DNA from: an uncultured Ignavibacterium sp.
Lineage (GTDB): Bacteria > Bacteroidota > Ignavibacteria > Tepidaquicellales > Tepidaquicellaceae
Length of the DNA: 64,000 bases
Reading direction: 5' to 3'
Assembly (NCBI GenBank): GCA_964452115.1
Contig: CAYVKY010000001.1
Coordinates: 5,848-69,847, forward strand
Shown: positions 58,515-64,000 of the stretch, one piece after another
Position numbering within the stretch: position 1 is the first letter of the stretch
Layout: each line of letters starts with the position of its first letter
Made by a program: the position numbers and the translations under genes
The notes under the pieces: model-generated
Database searches by the model: none
What the model was told of the DNA's origin: nothing
Seen by the model: only the letters and a program-made list of their open reading frames with translations

Positions 58515-60302
58515 TTGACTAAAGTAAAAAATAAAAAGAAATCCGAAATATCAAATTACGTTGAGAATAACCGGTATAATCTCATTATCGGTTTTTCTTT
58601 TGCCGTGTTTCTGGTTTTTTTTACTACCTTTAAATTCACAGGAGATGATGACATTTTCTGGCATCTTGAAACGGGAAGATATATCGTAAACACTCATCAC
58701 GTTCCGTCAACCGATATATTCGGCTATATGACGCAAGGGCAGACGTGGATGCCTTTCGAATGGGGATGGGATGTTTTAACTTACGGAGTTTATTCCGCAT
58801 TCGGATATGCAGGGCTTTCGGTGCTGAGAACAATTATTTTACTTCTGATATTTTTTATCTATTACATCACTTTCAGAAAATTCAAAATACCGGACACGCT
58901 GATATTCCTTTTTTATTTTGTGTTCGTATTTGCAATTATGGACAGACTCACACCCCGTCCTCACCTGATGTCATATCTATTTATGGTCCTGCTTATATAT
59001 CTTCTGCTGAGCTTTAGGTATTTTGACAGAGATAAAATTAAGAGATTATATTTTATTCCGTTGATATTTCTTATCTGGGCTAATATGCATATGGGAATAA
59101 TTGCCGGCGGATTTGTGTATGGAATATTTGTGATATCTGAAATTCTGACTGCGTATTTTCCGAAAAAATTTTCGTCCGCGGGAATCAAGCCGCTTGACAA
59201 AAAGCAGCTGCTTATAATAACCGGAATCGGTATTGTGTCCGCCGGATTTATGCTTGTAAATCCTAACGGACTGGAAACATACTTTTACGCATACTCGCAT
59301 ACAAAGATGAAAATGCTTGCAACCGTAAATGAATGGATGGCGCCTTTCTCGGAAAAGTATAATGACAGTTTCGTTTCATACATTTATAAAATATTTTTGT
59401 TTGCAGGCGTAATTATTCTGTACCGTGCTTTTAAATTCAAAGATGTATTTGCGGCAATCATATATATATTCTTTGCAATATATTCAGTGCGCGCGATGAG
59501 GTTTACGATAGACTATATGATAATTGTATCACCGTTTATTTTGATTTCTCTGAATTACATTTTTAAGCAAACGTTTAGTCAGAATGCTTACGATACAATT
59601 TTCAGGAAACCATATCTGAAAGTGATTTTGACTGCAGGATTTCTGCTTTTAATTATACCCGTTAATAATAATTCGCTTTATCTGAGTTTTCTGAAATATT
59701 ACAGAGTATCCGGAATCGGTATTAATAACGATTTCATCCCCGAACAGTTATTCAATTTTATGAAAGAAAATAAAGTGCCCGATACCGGCACGCATGTATT
59801 CAATCATTTCGGTACGGGCGGATATTTTATCTGGACTTTTCCGGGTAAGCAGAATTTTATTGACAGCAGAAATCTGAACGATGACATATTTTTTAAATAT
59901 TATGACATACTGAACAAGCAGCCGGGATTCGAGAAAAAACTTTCAGAATACGGAATTGACTATGCAGTCTATCTTGCACCCGACCTCGTGCGCGAGCCGC
60001 GTGAAATGCAGACTTCCGTTATTTCATATTTCTGCACAAGCTCTGACTGGAAACTGATTTTCTGGGATGACAAATCATTTTTGTGGGTTAAAAATGAACC
60101 GAAATTTCAGGACTTGATAAATAAATTTGAATATAAGTATATTACACCATATAACTATGCATATAATCAGACAATGATTGATAAGGGAATCAGGGAAGAT
60201 AAAGAAAAAGTAAATTCCGAGGTGAACAGAAAATTAAATGAAACAAAAGACGGAATTGTAATAAATTCCGTTTTGAGAGCTTTTGGAAACAGACTAAAAT
60301 AA
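58515..60302 (+). CDS. Polytopic membrane protein, possible GT-C-fold glycosyltransferase
   Basis: TTG start and about 12 TM helices. An acidic motif sits in the first loop (KFTGDDDIFWHLETGRY). A roughly 180-aa soluble C-terminal domain follows. The family call is an inference. Confidence 0.5.
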   Translation: MTKVKNKKKSEISNYVENNRYNLIIGFSFAVFLVFFTTFKFTGDDDIFWHLETGRYIVNTHHVPSTDIFGYMTQGQTWMPFEWGWDVLTYGVYSAFGYAGLSVLRTIILLLIFFIYYITFRKFKIPDTLIFLFYFVFVFAIMDRLTPRPHLMSYLFMVLLIYLLLSFRYFDRDKIKRLYFIPLIFLIWANMHMGIIAGGFVYGIFVISEILTAYFPKKFSSAGIKPLDKKQLLIITGIGIVSAGFMLVNPNGLETYFYAYSHTKMKMLATVNEWMAPFSEKYNDSFVSYIYKIFLFAGVIILYRAFKFKDVFAAIIYIFFAIYSVRAMRFTIDYMIIVSPFILISLNYIFKQTFSQNAYDTIFRKPYLKVILTAGFLLLIIPVNNNSLYLSFLKYYRVSGIGINNDFIPEQLFNFMKENKVPDTGTHVFNHFGTGGYFIWTFPGKQNFIDSRNLNDDIFFKYYDILNKQPGFEKKLSEYGIDYAVYLAPDLVREPREMQTSVISYFCTSSDWKLIFWDDKSFLWVKNEPKFQDLINKFEYKYITPYNYAYNQTMIDKGIREDKEKVNSEVNRKLNETKDGIVINSVLRAFGNRLK

Positions 60303-60319
60303 ATTTAAATCAATAAACA

Positions 60320-62674
60320 ATGAAACAATTCATTCTTGCTTTATGCTTCTTAGCAGCGGCAATCAACCTGCAGGCGCAGGTTATACCTCTTGATTCAATC
60401 AGGGTACAGGATGCAAACGGAGTTCCTGTATTATTAAATCAAATTGTAACGGTTCAGGGAACGGTTACTACACATCAGGAATTCGGAGCAGTTCTTGTTT
60501 ATTTTCAGAGCGGCACGGCAGGAACGGTAGGGTATGATGCAACCTTCTGCAGCGGTGTCACACGCGGTGACAGTGTGCAGGTTACGGGTAAGGTAGTACA
60601 GTATAACGGACTAACCGAATTTCAGCCAGTAAATTCTTTCCAGATTTTAAGCAGCGGAAAGACCGTGAACCCGGTGGTGGTTACAACCACACAGGCAAGA
60701 ACAAACGGAGAGGCTTATGAAGGAAGATTAATTAAAATAAATAATATCACTCAGGTAAAAAATACTTCTGGAGCACCGGTTACTCAATGGACAGTTTCAG
60801 GTTCGGGAACGAATTACAGAATATTTTCAGGCGGAGATTCAGTCGAAATAAGAATCTACGCAACGACGAATATTGCAAATACTGCAATTCCCTCATTCCC
60901 ATTTTCAGTTACAGCACTTGAGAGTCAGTTTCAGTCTACATCTCCATATCTTGGCGGGTACCAGATACTGCCGAGAGATTTAAATGATTTCACGGTTGAA
61001 GGCGGCGGTCCGAATATTCCGGCAGCACCTGTAGAGACTAATATTTTGCCGACAAGTGTTACTTTGACGTTTGCAACACTTTCTGCGGGAGATACAAAAG
61101 TAAAATATTTTATTTCAGATTCACTTTACCAGCCTGAAGTTTATACCGATTCAGTATATGATGCATCACAGGTTACATCGCACGTTATCACGCTGAATAA
61201 CCTCACTCCCGGAAAGATTTATTATGCAACAGTATCATCCACAAATTCTACGGGAACGAGCACTTACACTCCTAAATATTTCAGCACTGCTTCTCATACA
61301 ACTTCGCGCGGAATATTTGAAGTGTATTTTAATAAATCAATTGACGCATCAATTGCAATGCCGAATAACACTGCAAACGGAAACACCGACCTGAAAGTGC
61401 GGCTCGGGCAGCGGATTGACTCAGCTCAGCATTCAATTGACATGGCAATATACTCATTTGATGATGTAACTATAATCAGAGATAAACTTATCAATGCATT
61501 TGCAAGAGGCGTCAAAATCAGAATCGTATATGATTACCGCTCAGGTACTCCTCAGGCACTGATGCAGGATTTAATTAATGCAGGTATCGGTGTGATGATA
61601 AGGCCTTCAAGCAGTTACATTATGCATAACAAATTTATGATATTTGATTCAAGAGATAACTCATCATATTCGGATGACTGGCTATGGTGCGGTTCATCAA
61701 ATATTACCACTACACAGTTCAATACCGATGTTCAAAATGTGCTTTTTATTCAGGATGAATCATTATGCCGTGCCTACACGAGAGAATTTGAAGAAATGTG
61801 GGGCTCGCACAGCGACTATAAAAATTCTGCACTTTCGAAATTCGGCGCACAGAAACTGAATAACACACCGCATTTGTTTAAAATCAATAACAAGAATGTG
61901 GAATGTTATTTTTCACCGTCGGACGGAGTATCGGAAAGAATCGTAAGCTTGATACAAACAGAAACCAATAAATCAATTGACTTCTGTATTCTTACTTTTA
62001 CAAGATTCCAGATTGAAAATGCAATGAAGTCAAGATATAATCCGCCTAACACCTATGTGCGTGGTGTTTTTGACCATGATACTTCAGGCGGTCAGGGAAT
62101 GGTATTCGCAGAAATGCACGGCACGGGCGGTTCAATTCCGTGGAATCCGGCTGCAAGAGTTTATCTTGAAAACTATACCGGCATGCTGCACCATAAATAT
62201 ATTCTGATTGACCCGGATATGCCGTCAAGCAATCCCGTTGTCGAAACAGGCTCATACAATTTTACAAATGCGGCTACATTCGGAAATGATGAAAACATAC
62301 TGATTATTTATGACTCACTTATCGCAAATCAATATTTACAGGAATTCTCAAAAAGAATATCCGATGCCGGCGGTTCGATAGGAATTCAGAAAGACGGAGA
62401 CGTGATACCGGCAGGCTTTGAAGTTTATCAGAACTATCCGAATCCGTTCAATCCGATGACTACAATCAAGTTTGCAATATCATCGGAAAATCAGGTAACG
62501 CTAAAAGTGAGCGATATACTCGGCAGGGAAGTTCTGACAAATAACTTCGGAAAGTTAACGTCAGGAGTATATAATTATTCACTGGATGCATCGAAATTAT
62601 CATCCGGAGTATATTTCTATACGATTGAAGCGGGCAGCAAAATAAAGACTATGAAAATGGTTGTAATGAAATAA
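60320..62674 (+). CDS. Secreted two-HKD phospholipase D superfamily enzyme (Nuc-like candidate nuclease) with an ExeM/NucH-type beta module, an FN3-like domain and a T9SS CTD
   Basis: Signal peptide. Module QIVTVQGTVT...GDSVQVTGKVVQYNGLTEFQP...YEGRLIKINNITQV. HKD motifs HNKFMIFD...GSSNIT and HHKYILID...GSYNFT. CTD (NYPNPFNPMTTIKFAI...SGVYFYTIEA...MVVMK). Confidence 0.8.
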   Translation: MKQFILALCFLAAAINLQAQVIPLDSIRVQDANGVPVLLNQIVTVQGTVTTHQEFGAVLVYFQSGTAGTVGYDATFCSGVTRGDSVQVTGKVVQYNGLTEFQPVNSFQILSSGKTVNPVVVTTTQARTNGEAYEGRLIKINNITQVKNTSGAPVTQWTVSGSGTNYRIFSGGDSVEIRIYATTNIANTAIPSFPFSVTALESQFQSTSPYLGGYQILPRDLNDFTVEGGGPNIPAAPVETNILPTSVTLTFATLSAGDTKVKYFISDSLYQPEVYTDSVYDASQVTSHVITLNNLTPGKIYYATVSSTNSTGTSTYTPKYFSTASHTTSRGIFEVYFNKSIDASIAMPNNTANGNTDLKVRLGQRIDSAQHSIDMAIYSFDDVTIIRDKLINAFARGVKIRIVYDYRSGTPQALMQDLINAGIGVMIRPSSSYIMHNKFMIFDSRDNSSYSDDWLWCGSSNITTTQFNTDVQNVLFIQDESLCRAYTREFEEMWGSHSDYKNSALSKFGAQKLNNTPHLFKINNKNVECYFSPSDGVSERIVSLIQTETNKSIDFCILTFTRFQIENAMKSRYNPPNTYVRGVFDHDTSGGQGMVFAEMHGTGGSIPWNPAARVYLENYTGMLHHKYILIDPDMPSSNPVVETGSYNFTNAATFGNDENILIIYDSLIANQYLQEFSKRISDAGGSIGIQKDGDVIPAGFEVYQNYPNPFNPMTTIKFAISSENQVTLKVSDILGREVLTNNFGKLTSGVYNYSLDASKLSSGVYFYTIEAGSKIKTMKMVVMK

Positions 62675-62693
62675 AATAATTTTAATATTAAAA

Positions 62694-62733
62694 AGTAATG
62701 CTGAAAATTTATTTTCAGCATTACTTATTTTAT
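62694..62733 (+). terminator. Rho-independent terminator ending the cargo locus
   Basis: A 15-bp perfect stem (AGTAATGCTGAAAAT / ATTTTCAGCATTACT) with a 2-nt loop is followed by TATTTTAT. Confidence 0.8.
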
Positions 62734-62772
62734 AAGCAGGGTTATAATATGTATAAATTTGTTAAAGGAACT

Positions 62773-64000
62773 ATGAAAAAAGCCCTTATAGTTGATGATG
62801 ATATATCGGCGATAGCAATTCTGAAAAAACATCTTAAGGATTCCGGACTCAAAGTAACAGCGGTTTTTGATGCTTACAATGTAATTGAAAAAATAAAACA
62901 TACGAAGTATGATATCCTGATTGCAAACTTCAATATGCTTGATATGAACGGAATTGAACTGACTGAGCAGGTGATGAAAATTGACAGGGATATAGTAATA
63001 ATATTTATTACTTCATTTTCCTCGATTCATTCCATTATGGAAGCGCTGATGAAGGGTGCATTTGATTATCTGTCAAAACCAATTGATACTGACGAACTGC
63101 TTTTTAGCATTAAAAGAGGGCTTGAATATGTTTCGCTGAAAAATGAAAATCTTCTTCTGAAAACGAAACTGAAAAAGCTAAAAGAAAAATCAGGCGGATT
63201 TGAATCAAAAAATGAAGTAGTAAAAGGAATTTTAAAAGAAGCAGCAAAAACCGCTGCAACGGATTACCCGGTTTTAATTACCGGAGAAAACGGAACAGGA
63301 AAAGAATATTTAGCCGCATTTATACATAATAACAGTTCAAGAAAGTCAGCGCAGTTTATTTCAATGGATTGCAAAGCAATGCATCCGCTGATTCTGGAAT
63401 CCGAATTATTCGGACATAAAAAGAATGCGTTTACCGGTGCCGCATCAGACAGCAAAGGACTGTTTGAAATTTTAGACGGCGGTACAATCGTCCTGAAAAA
63501 TATTGAGCGTCTGGAAACCATGCTTCAGGAAAAACTTTTAAGAATGCTCACTGACAAAGAATTTTCAAGAATCGGAGATTCTAAAATTATTTCGAGCAAT
63601 GTGCGGATTATTGCAACTACATCAGCAGAGCTGGAATCTGAAGTGAAGAACGGAAATTTCCGTGAAGATTTATACCGGAGCCTGTCAGAATATATTTTTA
63701 CTCTGCCGCCGTTGCGTGAAAGAAAAGATGATATTATGTTTTACTTTCAGATGTATTTAAATTATTTTTGTAATAAAAAGAAATCAGAACAAAAAACTGT
63801 ATCTGGTGACGTTTTGAAGATTTTGGAAAAGTATGACTGGAAGGGAAATATTCCGGAGATTATGAATCTGGCAGAGCGTCTGTCCGTGCTGTCTGACAAG
63901 AGAATCGTGACATCCGACCTTTTGCCTGAGGAAATAATAAATTCCGTCATAAATAAGAAGAACAAGGCTGTGGTTGATTTTAACTCAATCAAGCAGAATG
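62773..64000 (+). CDS. Sigma-54-dependent response-regulator-type activator (NtrC family), 3' end outside the window, with atypical receiver and Walker B
   Basis: My own translation, since this is not in the ORF track because it runs off the window. MKKALIVDDD... receiver, Walker A GENGTGKE, ELFGHKKNAFTGA (GAFTGA loop), VRIIATT, FREDLYRSL, LPPLRERKDDI. An alternative ATG lies at 62749. Confidence 0.85.
   Translation, partial: MKKALIVDDDISAIAILKKHLKDSGLKVTAVFDAYNVIEKIKHTKYDILIANFNMLDMNGIELTEQVMKIDRDIVIIFITSFSSIHSIMEALMKGAFDYLSKPIDTDELLFSIKRGLEYVSLKNENLLLKTKLKKLKEKSGGFESKNEVVKGILKEAAKTAATDYPVLITGENGTGKEYLAAFIHNNSSRKSAQFISMDCKAMHPLILESELFGHKKNAFTGAASDSKGLFEILDGGTIVLKNIERLETMLQEKLLRMLTDKEFSRIGDSKIISSNVRIIATTSAELESEVKNGNFREDLYRSLSEYIFTLPPLRERKDDIMFYFQMYLNYFCNKKKSEQKTVSGDVLKILEKYDWKGNIPEIMNLAERLSVLSDKRIVTSDLLPEEIINSVINKKNKAVVDFNSIKQN

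Overview
This is a low-GC, densely coding chromosomal segment with about 50 protein genes and one tRNA. I saw no rRNA, CRISPR array, transposase, integrase or obvious prophage. Three things point to the FCB superphylum (Bacteroidota/Ignavibacteriota-like): PorU and PorV type IX secretion (T9SS) components, five proteins ending in T9SS C-terminal sorting domains (CTD), and start codons that mostly lack Shine-Dalgarno sequences. Most of the window is housekeeping: prmC-dtd, porU-porV, acpP-fabF-rnc, purL-omp-mlaEFD, metK, etfBA, coaX-yjbQ, initiator tRNA, yajQ-amidase, rlpA, two glutamate dehydrogenases and bcp-ftsX. The items most worth a second look are as follows. (1) An eight-gene plus-strand locus (47.7-62.7 kb) combines three T9SS cargo proteins, a SusD-less TonB-dependent receptor, a second PorV-family barrel, an NHL lipoprotein, a GT-C-like membrane protein and a secreted two-HKD PLD enzyme; its function is unknown. 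(2) A REC-REC-PPDK_N (ATP-grasp only) protein and a small zinc-ribbon gene are co-transcribed with one glutamate dehydrogenase and sit directly behind a second one. (3) A 1091-aa Dna2-like PD-(D/E)xK nuclease plus SF1B helicase fusion carries an extra N-terminal helical domain. (4) Several proteins have conserved folds but degenerate catalytic or signalling motifs: an M6 peptidase-like protein without HEXXH next to porUV, an amidohydrolase-3 lipoprotein without its metal ligands, and a sigma-54 activator lacking both the receiver Asp and the Walker B DE. All family calls come from motif recognition by eye. No database search was run.
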